Part shown: piece after piece, positions 24,670 through 37,865 of the stretch
Layout of the letters: every line of letters begins with the position of its first letter
Position numbering within the stretch: the first letter of the stretch is position 1
Assembly: GCA_951406725.2 (NCBI GenBank)
Contig: OX597825.1
Coordinates: 46,748,001 to 46,812,000, forward strand
Direction: 5' to 3'
Source: Octopus vulgaris
Lineage: Eukaryota
Length of the DNA stretch: 64,000 nucleotides
Translations under genes and position numbers: made by a program
The notes under the pieces: model-generated
Told to the model about the DNA's origin: nothing
Database searches by the model: none
What the model saw: the letters and a program-made list of their open reading frames with translations, nothing else

Positions 24670-25855
24670 CTATATCTGCGACCTTAGGGAGCTTGCCTCC
24701 CTTGTCAGTCAGCCATCTATAGCAGAGCTCACCAAGGCTATTGACTCCCTAACAAGTAACAAGGCTCCGGGAAAAGACGGCAGCCCCTCAGAGATCATTA
24801 AAGCCAGCAAAAACACCATCCTGCTCTGGTACCTTCATGAGCTTCTGTGTCAGTGCTGGGAAGAGGGTACAGTCCCTCAGGATATGTGGGATGCTAACAT
24901 CATCACGCTTTACAAAAACAAAGGTGACCATGGTGATTGTAACAATTACCGTGGAATATCTCTTCTAAGCACTGTTGGAAAGACCTTTGCTCGCGTTATC
25001 CTGTCCAGGCTACAACTGCTTGCTTCTCAAATTTATCCAGAATTGCAGTGTGGCTTTAGAAGAAGCAGATCAACTATTGACATGATATTCTCCATACGCC
25101 AACTTCAGGAGAAGTCCAGAGAGCAGAAAATGTCATTATATATGACCTTCATTGATCTGACAAAGGCCTTTTACTTGGTAAGTAGAAAAAGCCTCTTCAT
25201 CCGGCTCCAAAAAAATCGGATGTCCATCAAAGCTGCTGAAGATCATCACATCTTTCCATGATATGCAAGGCACCATACAGCACCATGGTTCAACATCAGC
25301 TGCCTTCCAAATAAAAAACGGGGTAAAGCAAGGTTGTGTCCTTGCTCCTACATTATTTGGCATCTTCTTCTCGCCGCTGCTCTCACATGCCTTTCAGACA
25401 TCAGATGATGGAGTGATTCTGCACAGTAGAAGTGACAGGAAACTGTTCAATCTCTCGCACCTGCATGCCAAGACATCCTAAACATACATATTGGAAACCA
25501 CAGATTACAGGAGGTGGAGAAGTTTACCTATCTTGGCTCTACCGTCACCTACAACCTATCTCTTGATGCTGAGCTCAATATACGCATTGGCAAGGCAGCT
25601 GCTGTGATGGCCCAACTCTCCAAACGGGCATGGGACAACAATAAGCTGACCAAGACCACAAAAATGAAGATTTACCAGGCATGTGTACTTAGCACTCTGC
25701 TGTATGGAAGTGAAACTTGGACACCATACATACGTCAAGAGTGTCGCTTAAATATCTTTTACCTGCACTGCCTCCAGAAAATCTTTCGCATCAAATGGCA
25801 GAATCATGTCCCCAACAAAGAAGTCCTCAAGCAAGCAGGAATACCAAGCATGTTT
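24670..25855 (+). mobile_element. RTE (BovB-like) LINE RT fragment, internally deleted
   Basis: DCNNYRGISLL, QCGFR..STIDMIF, GVKQGCVLAPTLF, FTYLGS and LLYGSETW. Confidence 0.92.
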
Positions 25856-26249
25856 GCATACAAAAGGAAACAGAGGTACACACACACATGCACATACATA
25901 AAAACACACAAACATGGACATGCAAACACATGAATATACAGAATACATACATACAAATGTACACACATAGATTCATATACTCACACACACATACATGCAC
26001 ACACACACATGCATTCATACATACATGCATGTATGTTTAGGCACACACACACACACTGCTCCACACACACATGCACACAAACAAACAAAACAGAACGCAG
26101 TGTGAGTAATGGACAGTCAAAACTATTGAAAAGGTTGCTTGATGCAATGAAAATTTTAGAAAAATAAAAAAGAATTAAGTGGAAATTTTACCAGTGAGTG
26201 TGTTAAATTATAAGGCACCAAAAGAGAATGACTCTCCCCAGACACAACA

Positions 26250-26289
<40 letters not shown>

Positions 26290-27048
26290 TTTTAGTCTTT
26301 TACACATTTCAGCTCTAGTGTGTTTAAGGACAGTATCTTGTACATGCCAGGCCCTAGCATCCAGAAAAGGAGGTGCCGCTGAAATGTCGTTTGGTTTGCC
26401 CCACCCTTCTCATTCAGCGTCAAGACTTGTGTGGGAAGGATATTTCACAGATTAATCCACAAACATTTCACACACAGACACAGATACAGGCATTTATTCA
26501 ACAGGTGCAACCTAAGGGTCTCCTTGAATTGTGCACCCAATATAAAAAGTATTTTAAATAACACTTGCAAACCAAGAGAAGAGGCAGGTTGCTCTTGCAG
26601 GGTGTACAATAACTGTCCAGTAGGGGGCTGATGCACGGCCGAAAGAGTCATTTATAAGGCTATGGTGACACTATGACTTGGCAACAAAATTATCAACAAT
26701 GTACAATAATGGCGCTGGAGGCAATGACAATAGCACAATTACATGTCATCGACCCCAGAACAAACACCATTGGGTCTTTCCGTTTGCTGTTTAATAAGAG
26801 ACTTTAATGAAATAAATACTAGCTTCCATTTAACCTCTGGTCCAGGGGAGATAACCCATCCTCATTAACTTTTTTCTCTGTTAGCCGTTTTATATTATTG
26901 TCCTAGTGTTTCTCTGCATCTGCGAGGTGAAAAGTCAAAATTGTTTTTGTATAGTGTCTGATGAGCTGTCCTCAAGGCTGTAGCTTTCCTGGATACGAAA
27001 CCATACAAAACCATTGGTCACTCTATGACCAGACTTTAACTTTATATT
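26290..27048 (+). mobile_element. Naiad-like PLE 3' fragment
   Basis: LFNRCNLRVSLNCAPNIKSI and CSCRVYNNCPVGG*C..VIYKA, followed by a full HHR; flanked by (TA)n. Confidence 0.75.
26951..27026 (+). ncRNA. Full-length type I hammerhead ribozyme, GUC site (predicted cut after 27019)
   Basis: ATAGTGT-CTGATGA-G(c)TGTCC..GGATAC-GAAA-CCA loop TGG-TC-ACTCTAT. Confidence 0.88.
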
Positions 27049-27129
27049 TTAATATATTATATATATATAATATATATTATATATACATATATAATACACA
27101 CACACACACATGCATCTTATACATACAGA

Positions 27130-27905
27130 CAGACGCATAAGTAACAGTGTGTTAAGTAGTTTGCTTACCAACCACATGGGTCCGGGTTCAATCCCATTGT
27201 GTGGCACCTCGGGCAAGTGTCTTCTACTATAGCTTCGAGCCAACCAAAGCCTTGTGAGTGGATTCGGTAGATGGAAACTGAAAGAAGCTCATCATATATA
27301 TATGTGTGCGTGTGCATGTGTGTGTGTTTGTGTGTCTGTATTTGTCTCCCCCACCATCGCTTGACAACTGATGCTGGTGTGTTTACATCCCCATAACTTA
27401 GCGGTTCAGTAAAAGTGAGACTGATAGAATAAGTCCTGAGGTCCATTTGTTCGACTAAAGGTGATGCTCCAGCATGGCCGCAGTCAAATGATTGAAACAA
27501 GTAAAAGAATAAAAATAAAGGAGAGGCTGTGTGGTAAGTAGCTTGCTAACCAACCACATGGCTCCGGGTTCAGTCCCACTGCGTGGCATCTTGGGCAAGT
27601 GTCTTCTGCTATAGCCCCGGGCCGACCAATGCCTTGTGAGTGGATTTGGTAGACGGAAACTGAAAGAAGCCTGTCGTATATATGTATATATATATATATG
27701 TGTGTGTGTTTGTGTGTTTGTCCCCCTAGCATTGCTTGACAACCGATGCTGGTGTGTTTACGTCCCCGTCACTTAGCGGTTCGGCAAAAGAGACCGATAG
27801 AATAAGTACTGGGCTTACAAAGAATAAGTCCTGGGGTCGATTTGCTCGACTAAAGGCGGTGCTCCAGCATGGCCGCAGTCAAATGACTGAAACAAGTAAA
27901 AGATA
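27130..27905 (+). mobile_element. Two tandem tRNA-derived CORE-type SINEs, family B
   Basis: Copies about 27130-27510 and 27520-27905; B-box GGTTCAGTCCC, CORE-like CTTGGGCAAGT, and a LINE-like 3' tail. Confidence 0.9.
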
Positions 27906-27923
27906 GAAAAGATAGAAAGATAG

Positions 27924-27971
<48 letters not shown>

Positions 27972-28013
27972 GTATGTATATATATACACATACACAGATA
28001 CATACATATATAT

Positions 28014-28550
28014 GTGGAGTAGATAGATAGCCGCCAACTGATGAAGGGTCATTCTTCGTGTTACTTGTCCTGTTTTCCATTTTTTCTCTCTTTGTTTGCA
28101 TATTTCACTAATTTGTTTTCGTACTTCGTGTTGTTTGCAGTTGGTGACATCCTGTACCCATATACGCATATATATATATATATATATATATATTGAGAAA
28201 GAGAGAGAGAGAGATGGCAGGGACATAGGGTTTGACACAGGGAGGAATATAGATGTCGCACGGATGGTAGTCAAACCAAGAAAGAAAGATCAGGCTTGGC
28301 CAAACACTGGTCACGTGGGGAGAGATGAGAGAGAGGTAGAGGTAGAGGGATAGAAGAATTAAGGAGGGGCAAGAAAAAAATGAAAGGGACAGAGTGAAGT
28401 GAAAGAGGAGGGAAAGTGAGCATGAAGAGAAGGCCAGGAAATGTGAGAGAGGGGGAACGAAAAAATGAAGAGTGGAATAAACGAAGTAAGTGTGAAAGAC
28501 CTGTTAGAAAGAAGGAAGGAATGAAAGAATAGAAAAATAATAGAGTCATG
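28014..28550. mobile_element. PLE-type tail fragments: F1 + at 28014-28170 and F3 - at 28215-28550
   Basis: Homology to 14636-14785 and 56860-57185. Confidence 0.6.
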
Positions 28551-28735
28551 TATATATATATATATATAGATATATATATACGGGTGTGTGTGATTGTGTA
28601 TAGAAGAATATATTAATAAAAGGGATTCCAGCCTTGTCTGATTTTCACATTTTATTTACAATCTTATAATGATATAATATAGGATAATATAATATAATAA
28701 AATAAAATAATAGAATGTTAAATGTTCATTCTGAT

Positions 28736-28780
28736 TGAACTAGTACTTTCATGCATTAAATTATGCAATCTTCAGGTTCA
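28736..28780 (-). ncRNA. Minimal hammerhead, inverted-arm copy
   Basis: Exact reverse complement of 31527-31571. Confidence 0.8.
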
Positions 28781-31526
28781 TGTAGTAGTGGTGACAGTCA
28801 TGCTTCACAATTTTTGACTGTAGCAAGATGGTTAAATCTGTGCCTTAAATACACCTGTGTAGGCTCCAGATTGCTAGGTTTTGCAAACTGTATTCTGACC
28901 AATCAGTGTGTAGCATCACTCAATTACTTAAGCTGATTGGTTTAGGCATCACGCTTTGTTGAACATGTCAAGAGTCCTGTATCTTAACCCTGGCTGAGGC
29001 AGCAATTGTTGGGCTATTTTTAGAAATGTTGTGAATAGCCTTTGTCAGGGATTTTTATATTTCAATTGTCATCATCATCATTGTCAGCACCTTAATTATT
29101 GTTGCTAGTGGTGATGGTGGTGGCAATAGAACTTTTAACCCTAAATAAGATAATTTTCCTGCTATCTTCATCTTGATCACCTTTAGTATTGTTGTTGTTG
29201 TTAGTGGTCATGGTCGTAGCAGTAGAAGTAGTACCTCTAAGTATTATTATTATTGCTTATTTAGCTTGGGTTCGAATTTATCAATAAAATTCTTTTCTCC
29301 TGTATCTTAACCCTGGCTGAGGCAGCAATTGTTGGGCTATTTTTAGAAATGTTGTGAATAGCCACATCATGAAAAAGATCAACAACCTGATTTCAAAACA
29401 CTACAACTCACTTACCGATAATGAAAGAGACTACATCACCAATTTCGAACCAAAACCCAGCAATTTCTATGGCTTACCGAAAATACATAAATCAAAAGAT
29501 ATTCAACATGCAGTAAAAGAACAAGAAAGTGAGTACATAAAATTACTACATCCAAAAGACCTAAAACTTAGACCTATTATAACTGGTCCAGCATGCCCTA
29601 AGCAATTTTATTGACATTGTTTTGAAACCACTATGTACTTACATACCCAGTTTCATCAGGGATGACATCGACTTCCTGTCCCATCTTCCCAAAACAACAG
29701 AAACAAATTCAGTTTTACTAAGTTTTGATGTGGTAAGCCTCTACACCAATATTCCACACAATTTAGGAATAAAGGCGACTAAATACTGGTTAGAAAAACA
29801 TAGAGAAGTGATTCCCAGCAGATTCACAGTGCCATTTATATTAGACACAGTCAAACTTATTCAAGAAAACAACACATTCTTTTTCAATGGAAAGAATTAC
29901 ATCCAAATTAGAGGCACGGTGATGGGAACGAGGTTTGCTCCCGTTTACGCCAACTCTAATGGGATACTTAGAACAACAACTCTACCAAGAGGTGAAGGTA
30001 AACTATAGCACTGGATTTAGAACCTTGACGACTGCTTCATAATCTGGACAGAATCTCTAAATACTCTGGAAGAGTTCAATATCCTCCTGAACAACCTATA
30101 CCCATCTCTCCAATTTACAAAGGAGATGAGTAGTACCAAATTACCATTCCTAGATATAATGGTAATTAAAAAGGACACCACCATCACCACAGATATATAC
30201 TATAAACACACAGACACACATCAATACCTGAATTTTAAGTCATGCCATCCATCACATACAAAACGCAACATCCCATACTGCCTAGCCAGAAGAATTTGTA
30301 CCATTGTAGAAGATGCAAATATCAGGAACAAACACCTAACAGAACTTTTGCTCAAACAAAAATACCCATCTCTACTTATAGAAAATGGCATACAGCGGGC
30401 TATAAAAATACCCATACAACAACTTAGGACAACCCAAGGAAGAGGAAAATAAGAACAAGTCATACCATTCATAGTGACACACAACTCATGTCACCAGAAT
30501 ATCTTCAACATTGCCAAAGCAAACCTACCAATCATTGCTCAAAGTAATGAATTAAAAGATATAATCACGGATCGAGCTATGATTCTTAGTAAAAGACAGC
30601 GTAAAAACTTGAAAAAATTACTAACAAAGGCAAAATTTGACCTTAGCAACAAAGACCAAACATTCACTGTATCTAAATGCAATGATAGCCGAGTGGCACA
30701 TGCCAATTCATACATACCGGCCAATATATAAACACAAAAACCGGGAAAATATTCACAAACGCGAATATGAACTGCAAAAGCAGAAATTTAATTTACTGCA
30801 TCAAACGCCCAAATTGTGAAGAAATATATGTAGGTCAGACAGAAAATGCACTATCAGAACGCTCACGTGTACACCGACAACAGATTAGAGACCCAGTGGT
30901 CCGTCAGATACCTTTGAGTAACCACCTAGCAACATGTGATTGGAAAATATATATAATATTTCCATTCTACAAATTACACAGCCCAAGTGAAATCGAGAGG
31001 AAAATCAGAGAAAAGAATTTTATTGATAAATTCGAACCCAAGCTAAATAAGCAATAATAATAATACTTAGAGGTACTACTTCTACTGCTACGACCATGAC
31101 CACTAACAACAACAACAATACTAAAGGTGATCAAGATGAAGATAGCAGGAAAATTATCTTATTTAGGGTTAAAAGTTCTATTGCCACCACCATCACCACT
31201 AGCAACAATAATTAAGGTGCTGACAATGATGATGATGACAATTGAAATATAAAAATCCCTGACAAAGGCTATTCACAACATTTCTAAAAATAGCCCAACA
31301 ATTGCTGCCTCAGCCAGGGTTAAGATACAGGACTCTTGACATGTTCAACAAAGCGTGATGCCTAAACCAATCAGCTTAAGTAATTGAGTGATGCTACACA
31401 CTGATTGGTCAGAATACAGTTTGCAAAACCTAGCAATCTGGAGCCTACACAGGTGTATTTAAGGCACAGATTTAACCATCTTGCTACAGTCAAAAATTGT
31501 GAAGCATGACTGTCACCACTACTACA

Positions 31527-31571
31527 TGAACCTGAAGATTGCATAATTTAATGCATGAAAGTACTAGTTCA
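31527..31571 (+). ncRNA. Minimal hammerhead ribozyme
   Basis: TGAAC-CTGAAGA-tTGCAT aattta ATGCAt-GAAA-GTAC-TA-GTTCA. Confidence 0.82.
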
Positions 31572-32002
31572 ATCAGAATGAACATTTAACATTCTATTAT
31601 TTTATTTTATTATATTATATTATCCTATATTATATCATTATAAGATTGTAAATAAAATGTGAAAATCAGACAAGGCTGGAATTCCTTTTATTAATATATA
31701 TATTGTTTTGGGATTTGGTTTGCAAGATTCTTTATGTGAGTTTGTGCGTCGAAGCATATTCTGTTGTATCTGGGGAGAGTAATTTTCTTTTTGTGCCTTA
31801 TAATTTAACACACCGGTAAAATTTCCACTTATTTCTTATTTTACCGGTGAGTGTGTTAAATTATACGGCACAAAAAGAAAATGACTTTCCCCAGACACAA
31901 CAGTATATATATATATATATATATGGCGGTGCCCCAGCATGGCCACAGCTCATTAGCTGAAACTGGAAAAATCAAAAAATCAAAAATCAAATATATAAAT
32001 AT

Positions 32003-34990
32003 TAAGGTGGAACAAAAAGTGCAGCTTTGGAAATTGGTAACCAAGAACCAATATGTTGTTTCAAATTAGAGTGAGAAGAAAGGTGTAAAAAGAACTTTGT
32101 GGCTAAATATTTTTTGGGGCTCCGCAATGCAATTGAAAATTTTAAAAATCGCTATTTTTGATCGAATTTTGGATTTCATGTATTATAAGTCGCAACGAGT
32201 ATATATGTCTTCATAGCAGAATGCAAAACAGTAAATATAGTACTCTTAAGAGGTTGCATACCAAGTTTTAATACAATTGATTAATATCTTGAGGTTCCAT
32301 ATTGACTATAAAGAGAATAGGAGTGTGACTTCTCCAGTATCGCTGCAATGTTCATTGCATGTGGACGTACATTGTATGTGTGTGAAGTTTTCTGCTTTGT
32401 ACCTTGATTTTAGACTATTGTATTAAAATTAATGATTGTGTTAAATTTAGTGTTGTTTACATTTAGCGATGACTCATAAGCCATTAGCACGTGATGATAG
32501 TGAATATCCAATATTTGATACTCCATGTGATGTTAGCATGCGGGTTTTCCCAACTTACAAGGACATAAAATATGTTTTATTTGAATGAGAAAAAGAAAAG
32601 AATGTAATAAAGATTCTTCAATTAAACAAATTGTCAAGAATGTAGCAGAAAAGATAATTCTTCTTTGCCAAAAGGCATCCATTCCATGTATTACGATTGA
32701 GTCAGTTAAACCAAAAATCTTAAACTTTTATCCAAAGTACCAAGCATTACTAAAATTTGTGAAAAATAAAAAAAAATGTGTCATTGTTTCAAACAAAGTG
32801 TAATGTGTTTAAAAACTATGCAACAAAAGATTTATTTGATATTTCCAGTTGCAAGTGTAACTCCTTTAAAAACGCAGTTGTAGCAGAGACAAAAAATACC
32901 ATAGAGAGAACAAGATTTTTTTACAGGATCACTGAACAAATCAAAAAATGATCATTGGCAGAATAGATCAAGCAGTATCTAAACAGAACATTCAGAGGTT
33001 GATTAGAAAGAATCGACCAGACCACAGTCACCCTTGTATGCCAGCAAAGGATTCTGAATTGATTGCGTTTTCATCAAGTAGTGAATCTGGAAATAGAACA
33101 GCTGGCAAAGATGAAGATTTCCAATTCCATTTTCCATGAAACGAAAAGAAGTCAACAAAAAACGTAAGTTCAAAAAAACCCAATAAAACGAACGAAATTC
33201 TTAGAATTAGCTTCTGCCTGTGACCGCACCAGTATGTCAGACCGTGCTGCTGCTTTTCTTACAGGTTTGGTCATCAGAAACTTAATGGCAAGTACATCTG
33301 GTGAATGTTCTTTCGCTATAGACAGATCGAAGGTAAGGAGGGAGCAATCCAGACAATGTAAATCCCTGCAGCGGGTAGGTAGAGTTAGGGTAGGTAGGCC
33401 ACATAAAACATTGTCTGCTGTGTATTTTGATGGAAGGTGAGACACAACCTTCATAAGTGAACAAATGAGAAAAGCATTTCGTAAGAAAACAATTCAAGAA
33501 CACATTTCATTGATAGAAGAACCTATGTCCCACTATCTTGGGCGCTTTTCTGTTAAAACAGGTTCTGCAAAAGCTATTTCCAATGGTTGAATTATTTGGA
33601 AACCATTGAGATAGTAACCAATCACATGATAGCTGTAAGTTGCGATGGTGCTGCAGTCAATACAGGATCAAGAAGCGGCACCGTTAGACTTTTGGTGAAT
33701 AAATTGAAGAAGCCATTGCATTGGTTTGTGTGTCAACTCCATGCAAATGAGCTTCCCTTACATCATCTTATTAACGATCACGACGGAAAAACTACCAGGC
33801 CTCGTGGATTTCTTGGTAAGAGACTAGAGCGATGTGAAACACTAAGTGTTGTGAAATTTAATCGGATTCCAATGGACAGAAACGATCTCAGCACTGATTA
33901 AAAATACCTTCTTGATATCCACCGGTCTATTTCCAATGGGAAATGTTCATCTGAAATGGCATTAAAGAATCGTGATAAAATGGCACACTCTCGATGGTTT
34001 ACAACTGCAAATCATATGCTACGGTTGTATGTTGCCACCGAAATTCCTTCTAATACAATGAAATCAATTGTTGCTTATGTAATGAAAGTTTATGTGCCAA
34101 TATGGTTCACAATTAAATGCAACACTTCCTCAGAAAATGGGGCTCTAAATGTGTTCAAGAAGGTTGAGTGTTCAAGAGAAATGGATCAAGTGATATAAAA
34201 CATTGTATTTCCAGTTATACAACAGAATGCTTTCTTCACGCATGCAGAAAATATTTTACTGGTCATGATAAGCAATGAACGGAACCACATTCGAGAATTA
34301 GCATGGAGGCACATAAAGCAGGCTCGAACATAGTATAGTGAGACCTTACAAAATTCCTACCCTAAACTTTGCTGCCTCAAACATAATTAACTGGCAGGAG
34401 ACTATTGTTACTGAACCACCTCTAACACAGGCATATTCCGATGAAGAAATCGATACCTTCATTCAACAGAGGCATTTGATGCAACTGGAAAATTACCATG
34501 CCACACCCAAGCTGTGGAGAGATATGTAAAACTTGACAGAAGTATCATCTAATGTTTGTCGAGACGGTTTCATTAGGAGTCAGATTGAATCAAGAGAAAA
34601 AATCTTGATGTTTGGGACAAAAAAGGACTTCAAATTGAAAGGTAATACAGCAATAATCAATTAGAATTGTTTAGTTGAAAAGCAATGCACTACAACGATT
34701 TGTATTATTTAGTTACATGGAATTGTTTCAAATAAATTGGAAATGTTAATTATTTTTATCACCAAAATGAATAAAAAAATTGGTTAACACGTAATTTTAT
34801 TCTAATGTGTATGTTATCAATACCTCTTGTAACACATATTTGGTGACCTAGTATTAAAAATAATGAGGAAAACAAAGTCGATAAGTCTATTTCACATAAT
34901 TTTGAAATTTCAAGTGTACTGCGAATCCTGAAGATATAAATCTTAGAACTTAAGATTTTAACATTCTTATTTAAATTGCCAAAATATGCC
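32003..34990 (+). mobile_element. hAT-like (hATm-type) DNA transposon, decayed
   Basis: VYFDGR, SCDGAAVNTG, WFVCQLHANELPL (CxxH), HSRWFTTA and PCHTQAVER motifs; start TAAGGTGG; subfamily assignment is tentative. Confidence 0.7.
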
Positions 34991-35077
34991 GATGATAATT
35001 TGAATCCTGACCACATGTGTACCGTTGGCGACTTTTTTTCCTCCGTCTTCCCTTCTCTGGATCTTTCCTCTTCCTAT

Positions 35078-35112
35078 GTTTCTGACGAAGAGCTCTGCTC
35101 GAAACGTTAAAC
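35078..35112 (+). ncRNA. Minimal hammerhead ribozyme in a short ORF-less tail (about 35010-35215)
   Basis: GTTT-CTGACGA-AGAGC tct GCTC-GAAA-CG-TT-AAAC; AACGTT palindrome replaces stem III. Confidence 0.8.
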
Positions 35113-35541
35113 CCTCCTTCTTTCCTTCTTTCCTGAGTGTCCAATAATACTATATTTGTTCCATGTCCTCGCGTTGTGTTTTCTCTTTGTGTTTTCATGT
35201 TTGGATTAACTTTATATATATATATACTCACACATATATACATACAGACATAGAGAGAAGGGGAGAAGGAAGGAGGGAGAGAGTGATTAAAATGAAGTGG
35301 GAAATGATATTTGAATGGAGACGCATGGAGGAACTTACACCTCAAGAGTTAAGCTTTATGTATTCAACATTACAAAATTACAGCTATACCTTCTTTTTCA
35401 CTAATAGTGATCAAAAGGCCACCTTGCTAATGAGATACAGTACTATCATATTTTAAATTAATGACAAAGTAAAAGTTGATTAAATGTTTTAAAGCTTGCT
35501 TTTGATTTTCAATTACATATTCCTACTTTTTTTCATTTTAG

Positions 35542-35715
35542 GGCAAATATGTGTTTGGACATTTAGGATACGGAGGTCAGCTGGCATTTGGAGACAAAGA
35601 GAAAAATATTGGAGTTGCTTATATTACAAACCATTTAGATCCTGTCTCTCTTCAGGATGATTATAGATGGAAAACTTTGTTAGATGCCGTATATAAATCA
35701 CTTGAAGCAATTTAA
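35542..35715 (+). CDS. Beta-lactamase-family protein, terminal exon
   Basis: Acceptor ttcattttag at 35541; GKYVFGHLGYGGQLAFGD..IGVAYITN..EAI-TAA contains the FGHxGxGG motif; phase 0 matches the fourth exon. Confidence 0.93.
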   Translation, partial: GKYVFGHLGYGGQLAFGDKEKNIGVAYITNHLDPVSLQDDYRWKTLLDAVYKSLEAI

Positions 35716-35799
35716 AATTGAATTCAATTGATTACAATTTATAGTTTCTTCCATTTCTCACTCTTTCTCTCTGTGCATATGTATACACACACATGCATA

Positions 35800-35829
<30 letters not shown>

Positions 35830-35830
<1 letters not shown>

Positions 35831-36015
35831 TACCATGTTGGACCTCTGAACTCAACACGTTTTCTTTTCATTCTCTCTCTATTTCCTCTTATTCTCCTCT
35901 GTCGAAGAGCGTAGGCTTGAAATGTAAAAGACTTTTCGATCTTTTCTGAGCATCAAACTAATACACTTTCTTGTTCCTACACCTGTCTTCATCTTTGTTT
36001 TTCAATAAATTTGAA
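35830..36015 (+). mobile_element. PLE-type tail with degenerate HHR (35895-35931) in the probable 3' UTR
   Basis: CTGTCGA-AGAGC gtag GCTT-GAAA-TG-TA; AATAAA at 36004-36009; homologous to 7660-7950. Confidence 0.6.
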
Positions 36016-36998
36016 TTATATATATATATATAAAACAAAACAAGAATTTGGAAAATTTACTGGTATTATTTAATAACAGCATTATTTAATTTCTCTGTCT
36101 GAAGTATTTCTAATATGAAATTCCTTTCTTATATCAAACATGTAAAACTCTGTAATACCTATTAGCAAATAAAACATGTGTAATGGTGAATAAATAATAC
36201 CAATAAGTTTTCCTACTTCCTGCAAAGTTACACAATAACTTTGCAAACAATATTTTCGCTACAAACAATAACTCTGCAAGCAGAATTTTCATCTTTAATA
36301 TGTACTTTGTACCTACACAACAATGACAGCAGCTACATACTGGATTGTAATAATGGAATAAGCAGATGTGTTTCAAGAGAAAACAGCTGGGATTTTACTC
36401 TACATACCTACATTAGGTTTCTGCATATATACATATGTATATATATATATATATATATAAGAATTTTTTGCGTAATAAGATAAAAAACCAAGGCTGTATA
36501 GATATTAGTCTAGGATATTAATTAATAATATCCCTTCATCGGAGATATATATATGCTTCATCGGAGCATATATATATTCTATCAAATCATTCTTTTGAAA
36601 TATATGGGCTGCAACTGAAATGTGCTTGGAATATCTGAGACAAATGATAATTAAAGAGGTAAATTCAGAAACAAAGTGTTGGTCAATCAACAAATTCCCA
36701 GACGCAAAATTTTAAACATACTTTTAAAAATATACATCAGTTAATACAATTTAATACAGATCTATATATATAAAAGTATCACATATAAATATATAGATAA
36801 CAACATAGATTAAAAGAATGTAAAAATATTCGCAGTGTAAATAAGGTAAAACATATATGGATTATGTAAAACAACAGTAGGAAAGCGTCTAAGTCATCAA
36901 GTAGCAAAAAAACTTTTTAGACTGTTCAAAGAACAAATAACTACATTACAATAAAAGATTAAACATTAAAGAAAAGTCCTGTTATTAGAGGAGGTCCA

Positions 36999-37089
36999 TT
37001 CGACGGCCGTTTCTGGGGTACATTTTAGTAAGGTAAGAAAGTTTGAAGATTTAACTTATCCTAGTAAATAATGTTCCCTTCATCAGGAA
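36999..37089 (-). ncRNA. Minimal hammerhead with long stem II and GUC site, in an ORF-less tail (about 36480-37125)
   Basis: TTC-CTGATGA-AGGGAACAT..ATGTACCCCA-GAAA-CGGCCG-TC-GAA. Confidence 0.78.
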
Positions 37090-37184
37090 GACGTCCTCCA
37101 TAACGAATTACATTATGAAATTTTATAAATATACATATGCATATAAATACATACACATATATGTATATATATATATAAATATAA

Positions 37185-37390
37185 AGGCGGCAAGTTGGCG
37201 GAAATGTTAGCATGCCGAGTGAAATACTTAGTGGTATTTCATCTGTCTTTGTGTTCTGAGTTCAAATTCTGCCGAGGTCAACTTTGCCTTTCGGGATCGA
37301 TAAGTTAAGTACCAGTTTCGTACTGAGTTCAATCTAATCGACTGGCCCCCTCCTCACAAAATTTGGGCCTTGTTCCTAGAGTAGAAAAGA
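37185..37390 (+). mobile_element. tRNA-derived SINE, family A
   Basis: Matches the 21047 family. Confidence 0.85.
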
Positions 37391-37417
37391 GTATATATAT
37401 ATATATATATATATATA

Positions 37418-37817
37418 TTACTCTTTTACTTGTTTCAGTCATTTGACTGTGGCCATGCTGGAGCACCGCCTTTAGTCGAGCAAATCGACCCCGGGACTTA
37501 TTCTTTGTAAGCCCAGTACTTATTCTATCAATCTCTTTTGCCGAACCGCTAAGTGACGGGGATGTAAACACACCAGCATCGGTTGTCAAGCAATGCTAGG
37601 GGGACAAACTCAGACACACAAACACACACACATACATATATATATATACATATATACGACAGGCTTCTTTCAGTTTCCGTCTACCAAATCCACTCACAAG
37701 GCATTGGTCGGCCCAGGGCTATAGCAGAAGACACTTGCCCAAGATGCCACGCAGTGGGGCTGAACCCGGAGCCATGTGGTTGTTTAGCAAGCTACTTACC
37801 ACACAGCCACTCCTGTG

Positions 37818-37820
<3 letters not shown>
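37418..37820 (-). mobile_element. tRNA-derived CORE-type SINE, family B, full length
   Basis: Reverse complement of 27520-27905. Confidence 0.9.

Positions 37821-37865
<45 letters not shown>

Larger units (their letters stand above)
28608..31697 (+). mobile_element. Penelope-like element (RT + GIY-YIG) with about 690-bp inverted pLTR arms
   Basis: FYGLPKIHK, SFDVVSLYTNIP, GTVMGTRFAP, LPFLD, YYKHTD, LIYCIK..YVGQT in five broken frames; arms 28608-29299 and 31008-31697. Confidence 0.95.

Noticed and set aside
26629-26631. In-frame TGA in the Naiad-like Cys motif as a possible selenocysteine codon
   Set aside because: It occupies the variable position before an intact Cys (GG*C), best explained by CGA to TGA decay; the frame is broken nearby.
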